Below, one piece after another: positions 35,341 to 50,364 of a DNA stretch of 64,000 nucleotides (position 1 is its first letter; each line of letters begins with the position of its first letter). The notes under the pieces are model-generated. The model was not told the origin of the DNA. It saw only the letters and a program-made list of their open reading frames with translations, and made no database searches. The position numbers were made by a program, and so were the translations under genes. This stretch comes from Cyanophora paradoxa CCMP329. Taxonomy: Eukaryota > Plantae > Glaucophyta. The DNA lies in NCBI GenBank assembly GCA_004431415.1, contig QPMI01000203.1, positions 62,001 to 126,000 on the forward strand, written 5' to 3'.

Positions 35341-36106
35341 CTGTCAGAAAAGGCCCCGCGCGAACGCGGAACGGCGGCTCGGAACCGACGGCGACGCCTG
35401 ACCGCGGTCGCTATGGAGCGGGACGGCGCTTCCAACTGCATTGCCCACACGGGGGGTACACACACGTCCCGTGTGATCGGCGAACGAAGAATGAACATTT
35501 AACGTACGAATTAATTTTAAGCCGGCCGGCGCGGCCGCGTACGTATATATTTTTTAAGCCTTACGTATTTTTCAAGTTTAATTTTTGGCTCCATATAGAT
35601 CGCGTATTGTCAGTGCCTGTATAATGGCTGTATTGTCAGTGGATTCAATGATTCAAAATGCGATTAGGTCAGCGGACAAAGAGCTGCCACCCTCGCCGAG
35701 TCGCGCCTTTAAGCCCCAAGACCCAAGGCCACTCCTGCTCCGCAGGGACTCGGTTGTTATATTGCAAGGGGGACAGAGCAATATTAATCACAATCGATAT
35801 CGACCCCGGCGCGGGGTCCCCTCCTGGAAGGAGGACAGCAATTAATTATACTGCAAGGCGGAGGAGCATGCACGCAAGCGGCGCAACAGATCAGGGGCAG
35901 ATCTAGCTATAGATATCGATATAGACATAGATCGAAAAGCCGAACAATATGCACGCGCACTTGCCAGTCGAGTTGACCGTCGGACTATATACAATGGGTA
36001 GCAGCGGCCCGCCCCCGACTCGGGGAGGCTCACACGTACAAAGAGAGCGTGTAGCGCGGGGCCCCGAATGTACAAGAAGCGGCCCCGGCCCAGCCCAGCT
36101 AGCTAA

Positions 36107-38712
36107 CTAGCCCCGAGCGGATGCACCCTCCGCCACAAGGAGGTCGTAGCGGGGCAGCTTGATGCCGGTGGCGCTGCCCCGATCGAAGAGGAGGTGGATG
36201 GCGGCCCCGACCTCCTCGGGGGGCCCGGCGGGCCCCGGCCCGGAAGCCCCCGCGCCGGCCGGCGTCCCAGCAGGCGGGCCGGCCGCCTGGGAGGGCGCGG
36301 CGGCCCCCGCGCTGGGCGGCGCGTCGGCAAGCCCCGGCCCGATCGAGGCGGCGCCGGCCCCGGGCCGGCTCGCGTCGGCGACCGCGGAGCGCCACTCGCC
36401 GCCTCCGTGCTCGACGTGCAGGACGATCCGCGCCCCGAGGTGCTTCGAGAGGGCGAGCAGCACGATCCAGCCTGCCGGAGGCGGGTACCGGCGAGCAGCA
36501 GAGGTCAGCAAAGGGGTAAGAGGGTCGGGGCCGCGCGGCGCGGAGAGGACAGGGCACGCCTCCCGTGATCACCGGGCCCCGCTTCGGGTCAGTGTACCCC
36601 AGGCGCTTGGCGTACTCCTCCAGCGTCACCGGACTCCTGCCCGGGCCCATGGCAACGCGCCCCTCGTCGAGCATCTGCAGCCACGCCCGCGGGTAAGATC
36701 GGAAGGCAGCGAGATGGAGAGAGAGAGAGGGGGCGTACGCGGTTCGCCTCCAGGAGCCCCCGCCCCTCCTCGCTCGCCAGGAGGAGAGCCACCTTCTCGC
36801 GGAGGCGGAGCGCCGGGCCGCCCCAGCTCTTCTCCGGGGGCCGACCCCCGCCCTCCTGCTCGGCGAGCTTTGGACCCTGAGATTCTGGAGGCCTTGCCTC
36901 TTTGGACCCTTTGGGGGGGGGGGGCGCACCGGCAGCTCCTCGCCCATGGCGGCGGCCTGGAACAGGCAGTGGCTGTCGTCGGTGGAGGCGACCCGGACGA
37001 ACCCGGCGGGCACCGGCGCATCCTTCTTCGGCCGGAGGTGCGGGGGGAGCCACCCGGGGCGCGCCCGCTGCCCCTGCTGCGGCGCCGCGCCCCCTCCCGC
37101 CCACCTGCCGGAGCGGCTGAGCGCCGGGGGCCGGCAGACGGAGAGTGGAATTCGAAAACGCACTGGGTCACGCGGACAGGGGTGACGACCGGCGGCGGGC
37201 CGCGCCGCAGCTCCCCCAGCCCCAGCGGCACGAGCCTCACCCCCTCCGCGGGGCCGTTCACCTTTCGCCCGCGCGCCCCGTCCACCTTGGGCCGCACGAT
37301 CCGCCGGAACTGCACCAGCGCGAGCTCGCTGGGGGCTGCCGCCGGCACGACGCTGTACCCGAGGAGCTCGGCCTGGGCGACGAGCCCCGCCACCGCCGCC
37401 GAGTCTGCCGCCTGCCCGCCCGCCGCCGCCGCCGCCGTCGCTTCGCGCCCACCCCCGCAGGCCGGGAGCGTCGACCCCGGGGCGGCCTCGATGTCGCATC
37501 GCTCGACCGCGAGCGCCACGCTCCCCCTGTTGAACGTGCGCATGGCCCCCTTTGCGTGGAGCACCACGCGCGGGAGGTGGCGGAAGCCCGCCTCGATGGG
37601 CAGCTCCTCCGGGCCCCCCTCGAGCCCCCCAGGCGGCTCGTCGAAGCCGTGCGAGCGCACGCGCCGCAGGCGCATCACCTCCACGCCCGAATCAGATGCC
37701 GCGCGGCCCTGCGCCGAAGCTCGGGCGAGGGACGAGGGGCGGCCCGGCGCCGCTGGGGGGAGAGGAGGGGAGGGGCGCGCACCACGGAGCGGCGGAACTC
37801 GTGGCACAGGCACGTCACGTCGATGTCGTACTCGACGTACCCCTCGGGGCGGGGTTCGAGGGGGCGCGGATCGCCCACGAGGGCTCCCGGGGCCGGCTCG
37901 CCGCCCTCGGGTCCCGCTTACCGCGTCGAGCGTCGGGAACGGGAACACCTCCCCTATTTTGGGCACCGTGCGCCGGGCCTCCCGCACGCGGCGGAGGGCC
38001 TCCGCGAGGTCCGCCGGGTCGAGCCCCGCGACGACGAGGAGGATCGCGTTCTCCTCCGGCATGCAGCCCAGGCCGGGCAGGAGGGGTGCCTGGTCGTTCC
38101 GTGAGCGAGCGAGCCGTTTTGCACTTGAAGAATGTAGAGAGTGGGGGAGAGCGCGGGGAGTGGGGCTCACCACGCTCCGCCGCAGTCCGTGGTTGGTGGC
38201 GCAGAGACGCGCGATGTCCTCGCGGTCGAGGCGTCCGAGCACGGACACGAGGAGTTCTTGCGGCAGGCCCTCCAGGGGCGACAGAGCGGCGTGCGTCGGC
38301 TCCGCGGCGGGCTCCGCGCCGGCTTCCTGCGCGGGGGCTGCTTCTGAGCGCGCTGGCTGGCGAGGGCGGAAGAGGAGAGAACGGAAGAAGAAACTCGCCT
38401 CCTGGCGCTCCGGAGGCGACAGAGCGGCGTGCGTCGGCTCCGCGCCGGGCTCCGCGCCGGCTTCCTGCGCGGGGGCTGCTTCTGAGCGCGCTGGCGAGGG
38501 CGGAAGAGGAGAGAACGGAAGAAGAAACTCGCCTCCTGGCGCTCCGGAGGCGACAGAGCGGCGTGCGTCGGCTCCGCGCCGGGCTCCGCGCCGGCTTCCT
38601 GCGCGGGGGCTGCTTCTGAGCGCGCTGGCGAGGGCGGAAGGGAGAGGTTATCTATCCTACTCGCCTCCTCACGCCTGCGCTTGGAGTTCGTCCCTTGGTC
38701 GTTTGGGCGCAT
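36107..38712 (-). CDS. F-box + F-box-like + C-terminal OTU-like domain protein (one apparent frameshift in the G-run at ~36913-36924)
   Basis: F-boxes LEGLPQELLVSVLGRLDREDIARLCATNHGLR and LGCMPEENAILLVVAGLDPADLAEAL. OTU motifs VRVASTDDSHCLFQA, LEEYAKRL, GWIVLLALSKHLGARIVLH, IHLLFD..PRYDLLV. Confidence 0.7.
38278..38640. repeat. Three ~135-bp tandem exon+intron units
   Basis: gcgacagagcggcgtgcgtcggctccgcg starts at 38278, 38416 and 38550. Confidence 0.9.
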
Positions 38713-39000
38713 CTGTGCGGCCGTCAGGGGGCAGCCCCTGGGTCTGGGCTCCGGCGCAGCGCGGGCGGCGAAAGGGACGAAACAGACGGGAGGGAGCGAG
38801 ACACGAAAGGCGCGCGCGATGACGAAATGCGCGGTGCGCGAATTTGCGGGGGCGGGATACCTTATAGCCTCGCGAGCTCGAGGTACTGCGAGGTGTGCGC
38901 CGCGATGTGCTGCGCTGCGTGTGCTGCGTTTCGCCGCTCGCGACCGGAGAGGTGCTGCGTCGACTCGCGTGCGTACGTGTACCCCCCTGTACAGAGCAGG

Positions 39001-39602
39001 CTCTGGCTCTCGCGATCGTAATTCTTCCGATCGTAACAACAGCCCAGACGATCGTAATTCTACTAGGCTAGACCTTCAAGGGCTTCTCTGGCTCTCGCGA
39101 TCGTAATTCTTCCGATCGTAACAACAGCCCAGACGATCGTAATTCTAGACCTTCAGCCCGACCTTCAGCCCCCCTTCAGGGGCTTCTCGGTCGTAATTCT
39201 AGGCGATCGTAATCGTAGTTCCGCAGCCCCGCTGACTTCTCGGCTTATAATTAGCTCTTATCTTAGCTTAGCTCTTATCGTAATTCTCGTCTGTGCTCGT
39301 AATCTTGGGGGCGCTCTCTGATCTTTGCGATCGTAATTCGTAATTCGTGAAGACCTGCCGCGATCTTAAGCTATCATGCCGCGATCGTAATTCTGATCAT
39401 ATAGTCGTAATTCTGATCCACCTAGGGCCAGCTATGGTGATCGTAATCGTAATTCTTAAGCTTATCTCGCTTAACTAGCTATATATATTAATCGCAGCTA
39501 TATGGGCAAAGGTGATCGCGATCATACAGGGCGCCAAAGGCGTGCTTCTTGGGGCTTGTAGTAATCGTAATTCTTGGCTTGGCTCGCGGTGGTCGTAATT
39601 TC
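39001..39602. repeat. CGATCGTAATTC-motif field, including a 61-bp direct repeat (39001, 39086); related to the 75-bp array
   Basis: More than 15 tcgtaa cores. cgatcgtaacaacagcccaga resembles the array's cgatcgtaactacggcccaga. Confidence 0.85.
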
Positions 39603-39629
39603 GGCAGCTCGATCTCGAGGGGGGTTACC

Positions 39630-39870
39630 TACTACTGCTGCTGCTGCTGCTGCCGCCGGTCAGGCTGCAGCGGCGCACCAGCGGCCGCGGCGGCGACACC
39701 TGCGGCGGCATCCTGCGCCTTCGTGTAGCCGTCTGCGTCTGCGTCGCCGCCGTCTACGTCGGTGGCTGGGGCGGGGCGCGCTCACCGTTGGAGTAGATCG
39801 ATATCAGGAAGGCCGAGGAGCAGCCGCGCTTGGGGGCGTTCGGGTCCTTCTTCTGCTTGCCACTACCGGG
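39630..39870 (-). pseudogene. Degenerate HMG-box gene fragment
   Basis: GKQKKDPNAPKRGCSSAFLISIYSN followed by a gtgag donor. The rest of the box is absent; a poly-Gln run then stops follow. Confidence 0.6.
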
Positions 39871-40081
39871 CCGCCTCGGCGCGACTGCTATGCTCTGCTA
39901 TCTCTTCGGTTGAAGTGAGCGAGTGGACCGAGCAAGTTGGAGACCGAGGAGCTTCCCAACAACGCCGAAACCCACTACCCCAAAAGTGCAAGCGCCGCAA
40001 AATTTTGAAGCGCGGCAACGGCGACCAGCGACAAGCTCGCGTTCAGTTGGACACAGCTGTCCGTGATCCGATCAGCTCAGC

Positions 40082-40832
40082 ATGCTGCGCTCCGCGGCGC
40101 TGCAGGCCGTGCGCGCTCGGTTCCGCGCAACGAGGGCATCGGCGGTTCCACAGCAAGCGCTTTGGCGCGTACGCGCCCCATCCGCACCGATTTTAATTTA
40201 ATTTATCTTAGAACGGCATCACAGGGCTCTTCACGAAGCGCCCGAAGGCCTTCGCTCGAGCTCGAGCTCGCCCGGGCTCACGCACGTCGGCCCGGACGGC
40301 CTCCCGACAATGGTTGACGTCTCAGCCAAAACACCGACTCGACGCACAGCCACCGCACAATGCTCCGTGCGCCTGCCTCCGGTCGTCGCGATGCAGCTTC
40401 GGGACGGGGAGATCGCCAGCAAAAAGGGCCCCGTCTTTGCAACCGCGATCATAAGCGGCACGATGGGCGCAAAGCAAACCAGTGCGATCAATCTTTCGAG
40501 GCTTCGCCGCTGGGTGAACGTGCCTGTTCACACACATGCGCCCAGGCTCACTCATTCCGTTCTGTCACCCACTTGGATTGGAGAGTTGCAGGCTCGAAAT
40601 CTCCCCGGACCCTGCTGGAGCAGATCCAGACGGCTTTACTCCCATACTCATCAAATGCACGGTTGGCGTGACAGCCAAGACAGGAGTGGAAATGGAGGCC
40701 CTCACAGGCTGCACTATCGCTGCTCTGACGATTTATGACATGTGTAAGGCACTGTCCCACGACATCCAAATATCTGGAATCTGCCTCGTCCACAAGACGG
40801 GAGGGAAGTCCGATGTGAAACCTCAAGGGTAG
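40082..40832 (+). CDS. moaC: Cyclic pyranopterin monophosphate synthase (MoaC/CNX3) with putative mitochondrial presequence
   Basis: LTHV..MVDVSAK; LIPFCHPL; KTGVEMEALTG..ALTIYDMCKA..KTGGKS. Confidence 0.95.
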
Positions 40833-40970
40833 CATTTGGACACGTTCTAAAATTAAAACGCAAGTCCGACGGTCCGGGCTACAAGTGTGGAAATGTACAC
40901 TGCGGCTGCCGCAGCTGCGGGCCCAGCCCACCAGCGAGCTGGCCCGCCGGGCCCTGTGTGGCCCCCTAAG
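40832..40970 (+). repeat. Dispersed repeat, copy 2 (homologous to 17837-18035)
   Basis: Begins at the moaC stop: gcatttggacacgttctaaaa. Confidence 0.7.
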
Positions 40971-41240
40971 GAGAGTAATGCGGACACTGTAGCTAGCTAG
41001 AGCTACATGTGCCCGCAATTGCAAGGCCTAGGCGCCACGCATCAAAATCAAAGACGTCCGACCTTAGATCAGTCGTCCACCCCCTAATCTCAATCTCTCG
41101 ATCCGACCCCTTTCGAATCAAAGTCCGATGGGGGTTAGCGCTTGCCAATCACGAGCGCTTTCCTGGCTGCTTTGATTTCAATTTCGGGGCTTTTCAACGA
41201 TCTGACCCTTTGCCTGCCATGCATATGGTTGGACGGGGGG

Positions 41241-43386
41241 TTAGACTTCGATTTTCGATTTCGCTTTGGCCGTGGTTCGACGTAGGAGCTCCCGCCACCG
41301 CCCAAGACACAACCTCCCCCCCAAGAATAAATGTGGCACTCGATGCACGGGCCCCTGTATACGTAGCCAGTGTCCGCGGGGAAGCACTTTCTCCCCTTTC
41401 AAGGGCCACGCAGGGCCCGGCCAGCCAGCACGTTTTTGGGCTGGGGCCACAGCACGTTGCCACACTTGGAGCCTGAACTTCGCGATTAGATCCGTGTCCG
41501 AACGCTGGCAATCGAATCATAGAAGTCGGGAGCCGATGCAAGAGGAATGCTGGGCAAAGGTGCACTCTGGTAGCAGAGAATCTGCAGGATCCGGAGGGAT
41601 TATCGAACGGCCAACAGCAAGACAGCACCACACCAGACGCACATCGCCGTGCTGGAGTTCAAGCTCCTTAAGTGTGGAGTTCAGGTCAAGGTCCTCGACT
41701 CGACCAGGGTGGATCTCTTCGAAGAGAATAAGCGGAGTGGAGGAAGGCAGCCGCTGCCAGCCTCTCAACGTGGGAAGAAGGTCCGACAAGGACATGTCCT
41801 GTTGTGCAATAAGGTGCCCTGCATAAACCAGCTTTTGCGTATTTGGGTCGTAGAACTGTAGAAGCAGAACTTCGGCACAAAGAAACAAGACACAGCACAG
41901 AAACCAGAATACCTTGAAAAATACCAGGATCGACTCTTCAAAGATTTGCGGAAGCTCCTTGTCACTTGACTCCAGAAAGAGCTTTGCAGGCCCATTAGCT
42001 CCAGGAGCAAGACCCGCACAGGAGTGCTCGGAATCTCCATCTTCATCAAGAAGATAGTCTGGCCGCCGTGTCCCATTTTGCCGAAGCACAAAAACCCATA
42101 GCCGAAGCTGAGGGGTGACTCCCCCTGGGTTGGAGCGCTTCGCCTCCTCGCTGAGGATGTCACTTACGACACATCCCTTTGGGTAGCGCTCCACAGGGCT
42201 GCAAAGATCAGGATAAGGGTTGCTCCAGAGGGAAAGAAAGATCAGGGGACGGATTGTGCATACATGCGTTCGAAGTCGACGAGATCAAAGCCTGAGTGAC
42301 TTCGCATATCCTCCTCCCGCACTACTTGCAGGACCGTGAACAGTCTCTGTATTAAGCAGTTACCTAGCGTCGAGAATATGTTGTGTATATGCGCACAGAA
42401 TCCTCACGGCGACGTCTGTGCATCTCTTCCCGCACTTCTTTCAGCTCTCCTTCCACTGAAAGAAGCCGTGAATGGAGCAAGGCGATCTGTTCATGCTTCA
42501 ATTGAAGGCACTGTCAGTTGGGACGGTAAGAGAACGCACAATGCCCCTCATCTGACCAACTGCACCTGAAAAGGCAATCAGTTAGTACTTCCTTGGAGTT
42601 AAGTTAACAGTTACACTGTCACTCACAATTCCCTTTCACATGAGCTTCAACTTCAGTGTGTCTGCCCCGGAACTCGCAGCCAAATGGTTGTCCCGTCCGC
42701 ATTGCAGAGTTTGGACAAGGACAGAACTAACACTGGACAGATTAGCATAGCATAGCTGGATTACGATTAAGATGTGCAACGTTGCAGGGACTTAAGATTA
42801 GGATTACGATTAGGATTAAGCACTCTTAAAGAAGTGGGAAGAAAGAGATTAGAGCAGCCGGACCTGACACTCCTCTTGGATATGTTTCGCTGCGTGCCAG
42901 ACCCATGAGTAGAGTATTGGATGGCTGGCAGAGCTGGAAGCGGCACACCAAGATCCCTTCGAAGAATGCGGCCGCAGGTCTCAGGGCTGTGCACGCACGT
43001 GACGGGCGCGAAGGGGCAGGTCGCGGGGTGGTTGTCGGAGAGAGTGCCGCTGAACGTGCAGCCCGAATCGCGGTGGTGGCAGTGGGTCTTGAGGTTTCCG
43101 ACAAGCCGCTTAATAAAGCTGGACGGCACAAATCTCGACTCGCTGATGGGAACCCGGCACACGGGGCACGTCGCTGTCCCAGGGGGGCGCGAGTTGATCC
43201 AGTTCGTGATGCAAGCCGCGCAGAACACGTGATCCTGTGCACATCTGACTTGTATCGGATCGTCAAGGCACTCCCCACAAATCGGGCACTTTAGGTCACC
43301 CGGAACGGCTGCGCGCCAATCAGGCCAGCGATGAAAGCGATGAAGCGAGGCGCACGGTCGTCAAAGATCTCGAGCGGTATTCCCAT
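41241..43386 (-). CDS. RING finger + TRAF-type zinc finger(s) + USP7-like UBL1-2 domain protein (3' end approximate)
   Basis: RING CPIC..C..DHVFCAACI..CPVC. TRAF finger CHHRDSGC..HPATCPFAPVTC. USP7 UBL motifs GFDLVDF, RLWVFVLRQNGTRRP, LVFFK|FYDP, LFEEI, ELQHGD. Confidence 0.8.
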
Positions 43387-43741
43387 TACGACTAGGCTGT
43401 AGCTGTAGCTGTAGCTGTAGCTGTGCAAGGCGGGGACGAGCACTAGCGCTCAGCCTGTCCGAATTCTACCTCCGGGAAAGCGCCTGACCCCCCTCCAACC
43501 CCGCCGGAGTTCAAGGCCCAGTGTGAACCACCCGCCTTCGGCCCGCCGCACTGCGCTTGACCGATTTGATACAATGATGGCAACCGCGCTCAGGGTGATG
43601 CCGCGACAGCGGCTGCTGCGGCGGCTGCGGCGCTGCGGCGGCTGCGGCGCTGCGGCGACTGCAACTGCGGCGCTGCGGCGGCTGCGCTCCGATCAGGGTA
43701 CGGTGTTCTGCGATCGATCGATCAGGGTACGGTGTTCTTCG

Positions 43742-46700
43742 ATGTTCTGCGTGGCCTCGATTCCGGGGCGTAGCTTGCGGTCGCGGTGGTCGGAGAGTAG
43801 CGCAAGTTGCAGCGTCGGCGCAGGTTGGCTACAGGTCGACAGGGCGCCGCGCAGCTGCTGCACCTTCGTCGGCGCCGGTCGTCGTTGGCGCTGGATCGCC
43901 AGCTCCGACTTCCTGCACCGGCGTAGACTCGTCTTTGCCGGCGCTCAGATCTGCGGCCAGTCGGCATGGAGGCCGCCCTCGAACCAGATCGTGCGAAGCA
44001 GCAAGCGCCCTTGCTCGCCGTCGTCGAACGCGCAATGTGCGCAGGGCAGCGTAGAGTTGAACCGCCAGATCGTGGATGCGGGAAGGGGTGGAGATATCGA
44101 GGGCCTGCGCGCTCTCATCGGGCAGAACTGTTATCGCTTCTCGGCACGCCTGCGCACCCCGGCTTTTGAAAGGCTGCATGACCCCTGACCGCTCCTGCAG
44201 GCCGTCAATCTTAGCACAGCCGCGTACCAGCTGGGGCAGGCGGCCAAGCGGGGAGAGGGGCCCTTCGACGCCGAGTTCGCTCTCATCCGACGTGTGAGTT
44301 TCTGAGGGGGGCACGTCCGCTCCTCTATGCTGACGCTGCCGGCGCCTAGCGGCTGCTGCAGCTGCCGGTGGATCACATTTCCGCCCGCGCCGTCGCGTCG
44401 CTCGCGTACGAAAACAGGGCCTCTTCCTCTTCGTGATCTGTGACTCACATATGTCCTTGATAGGTACGGGGCGGCGCTCGCTGGCTATGACGACAAGCCG
44501 CTCCTCTCGCGGATCCAGCTCGTTGCTCTGGGGAGGGTCTGTCCGCCCTTCAGCTCTTGATCCTGGGGCCGGATGCGGAGCTGACACGCGATAGATAAAT
44601 GAGTTCACGCCACAAGGGATCTCGAACCTGCTGTGGGCACTGGCCAGCCTTGGGGCGCCCCGCAGCCGCATCTTCGACGCCACGTGCCTGCCTGCCCTCG
44701 CGCAGCGGCCCCCGCTCTGCCTCATCCGCCCGCAGGCTGGAGGCGTGGATCCCCAAAATCAGGCACGCCACAGGCCTTGCCGACGCTCCAGGGGACGCGC
44801 GGGCGGGTGATGCGGGCGCAGGTCCTTCAAGCCGCAGGAGGCCGTCTGCATCGTGTGGGCCTTCGTGAAGACCGGGATCACCGACGAAGGTGCCTGGTGC
44901 CTCGGCGCACACACTGCGGCGTCAGAGTGAGGGTGACGGGGGCCCCGCAGCGCTCGCCCGCGCCGTCATCGAGTCCTTCCGCGTGCGCGCGCCGCACCCC
45001 GGGCCCCCTTCCCCCCTCACAGCGCGCAACCATCGCGCAGTTCCGCATCCCTCAGCTGAACCCCCAGGTGCGGGAGGTGCCGGCGAGGGCGCGGGGTGGG
45101 GTGGGGCCGACGGGGCGCAGGACATCACGCTGCTGCTCTGGGCGCTGTCGAAGGGGAGCTTCGGACCGATGTCAGGTTTCATGGGAGATCTCGTGCAGCA
45201 CATCAGCGCAATCCTGCCCCGCTTCCGGCCATCCTCCCTCGTCCGCCGCCCCGCCCGCCCGCCTCGCCCCGCGCGCGACGCGGCCGACGCGGGGCGCGGC
45301 CGACGCGGGACAGCCCTCGGTTCTGCTCTCGCTTTCGTCGATCGGGGAGGTGGACGAGGGGCTCTTTCGGCGGGCGGCGTTGCAGATCGCGCCGATGCTG
45401 CCGTCGCTGACGGCGCAGCAGCTCGCGAATCTCGTCTACGCCTTCGCCCGCTCCGGCGCCGCCGAGCCCTTCATCGTCGAGAGCATCGCCGCGGAGATCG
45501 ACGCGCGCCTCTCCGGCGGGGGCGCCGCGGGGCCTGCCGGGGGCCCGCCCGAGCGGCGCGTGCTGGCCGACGTGGAGGCCCTCGCCACCGTCGCCTTCTC
45601 CCTGGGCCTGCTCCGCTACCGCAACCCCTCCCTCTTCCAGAAGCTCGCCCGCGCCGCCCTCCCCCAGCTCCCCGACGCCTCCAACCAGCACCTCGGCATG
45701 CTCGCCGTGCGCCCCGCCCCGCGCCCGCCCCCCGCCTGGCCCGACCCGGCCCTCACGCCCCCGCAGTACGCAGTGAGCCTTACCCGCTTCTACGACGCCC
45801 AGCTCGCCGCCGTGCGCGCCGGCCCGCCGCCGCCGCCGCCGCCGGGCGATCGTGCGGGGGGGCGCAGGGCCTGATGGCGGAGGCGGAGTTCCGGGACCTG
45901 GGGGCGCTGCACCCGCTTGTCGCCACGCGGCTCGTCCTCTGTGCCGCGACGCTCCGCCTGGGCGACATGGCGCGGCCGCTGGTCGAGGCCCTCGCGGCGG
46001 GCGGGGAGGGGGCCGACGAGGGCGACCCGCAGCAGATCCGCCTCCTCGTCTCGCTCGCGTACTGCGTGCTTGTTTTAGAGTACGGCTCTGACCTCCTCCG
46101 CGGCATCCTCGTGCACCCCGCCCCGCCCCCGCCGGCCCCGCCCCGCCCCGCCTGACGCGCGGCAGATGCGCATCGCGGCGGCCTACAAGCTGAACCCCCT
46201 CGGCTTCACCGACCTCCAGCTCCGCCACCTCTACAGGCCCGCCCCGCCCCGCCCGCCCGCCGCGCCCGCCCAGGCCCCGGCGGGCTCTGACGCGCGGGGC
46301 AGCATCTGCGTGGCGCTGCAAGTGGAGGAGCCGGCGCTGCTGCCGCTCGTTCCGGCGGAGCTGCTGCGGAGGGTGAAGGCGCTGCACTCCGAGGGCCAGG
46401 ACGCCGGCGGGTACTCGCCGCCGGCGCGGTGGACGCTGGACGACAGCTACTGGGCGGCGGACGACGAGTCGCCCTCGGGGAAGATGGCCGAGTGGCGGGA
46501 CGAGGTCCTCGCGCTCCTCCCCGCCGCCGTCGGGCCCGGCCGCGTTGAGGAGAACCTGCGCGTCTCGCTCCGCGCCCTCCCCGGCATGTCCTCCTCCGCC
46601 CCCGGCGGGGGGTGGGGCGTCACCGTCGACTTCGCGCTTCCAGACCGCACTGCGATCGTGCTGCACGGACCCCTCCGCAGCCTCTCCAAGGCCCACGGCA

Positions 46701-46843
46701 GCGTGCCCGACGGGCGGACCCACCTCCGCATGCGCCTGCTGCGCGCCCTCGGCTGGCGCACCGCCCTCCTCTCCTTCCACCAGTGGAGCAAGGCCCCCGA
46801 CCGGGCCGCCCGCATCGCGCTCATCCGTGACCTCCTCCGCTAG
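43742..46843 (+). CDS. Organelle-targeted OPR/FAST-like repeat protein with C-terminal RAP domain
   Basis: Repeats FTPQGISNLLWALASLG and LTAQQLANLVYAFARSG. RAP motifs VDFALP and GRTHLRMRLLRALGWRTALLSFHQW. Confidence 0.8.
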
Positions 46844-47079
46844 CATTAGTTCAGATTCAATTTATTCCTGTGCAGACTGCGGAACGCACGCTCGCCGGCG
46901 CTAGCGCTAGCGCTGCGCAGCAATGCACGCACAGACAGCACAGCGCTAGCTATCCCGGCTAACCGCGCGCGCAATTCCGATCCCCGGCCCGGTGGCCGCC
47001 GCCGCCCCCCCCCCCCCCCCCCCCCCCGAGTCGCGTAGCGGGTACAGCGCGTCTAGGCTGCCGAAGTTGCAGTGCCGAA

Positions 47080-49795
<2,716 letters not shown>

Positions 49796-50364
49796 CCGGC
49801 TGCACCCTCCGCACCTCCCCCCTTTCCCACCACCTCTCTCTCGAGCAACTCGAACTGCCTTTTGCACACATAGGACTCTTTCCGTTTGTCGTATAATTAA
49901 TCAGCTGTTCCGCCTTCTTCTCGAGGTCATGACCGGGGCCGCTGCGGGTCCCCCGGAAGCACCACGGGCTCGGATCGTGTTATTCGCACAGCTGTCGGGT
50001 GGCGCAGCGCGCGCATTCATTGCACATCTCGGGCGGCAGCATGCGCAGCTGCAGCGCAGCACGGCGATCGTGATTGATCTGGCTGCTGGGCGGATTGAAA
50101 CTAGAGCTGAAGGGGGCGCCAAAGCTAGGGTGCGGCCTGGGTCGCGGGCGGGCGGGCGGGCGGCGGGTCTGCGGGGCCGCGTGGCTAAGAGTTCCACGAG
50201 GAGGAGCGCTTGATGCTGGGCGGCTCGAGGGCCGCCTGGTGGCTCGGCGAGTGCGCCCCCTGGTGCCCCGGCGAGATCGCCCGCCCCGACGCGGTCGGGG
50301 AGACGCGGTACGAGGGCGGGCGCGCCAGGGAGCCAGCCGGCCGCGTCGCCACCTCCGCGAGCTG

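Larger units (their letters stand above)
26437..39600 (-). mobile_element. Fanzor-carrying accessory element (~13 kb); low-coordinate (3'/right) end sharp, high-coordinate (5'/left) end approximate; no transposase seen
   Basis: Two minus-strand genes with TE/virus-like domains. CGATCGTAA-motif repeats near both ends. Both flanks are host gene fragments (SMU1, HMG-box). Confidence 0.65.

Noticed and set aside
36159-38822. 887-aa plus-strand ORF
   Set aside because: Antisense to recognisable F-box/OTU exons, with no domain motifs.
43396-43740. (gctgta)n and (gctgcggc)n microsatellites and a 19-bp duplication as regulatory elements
   Set aside because: Simple slippage repeats with no further support.
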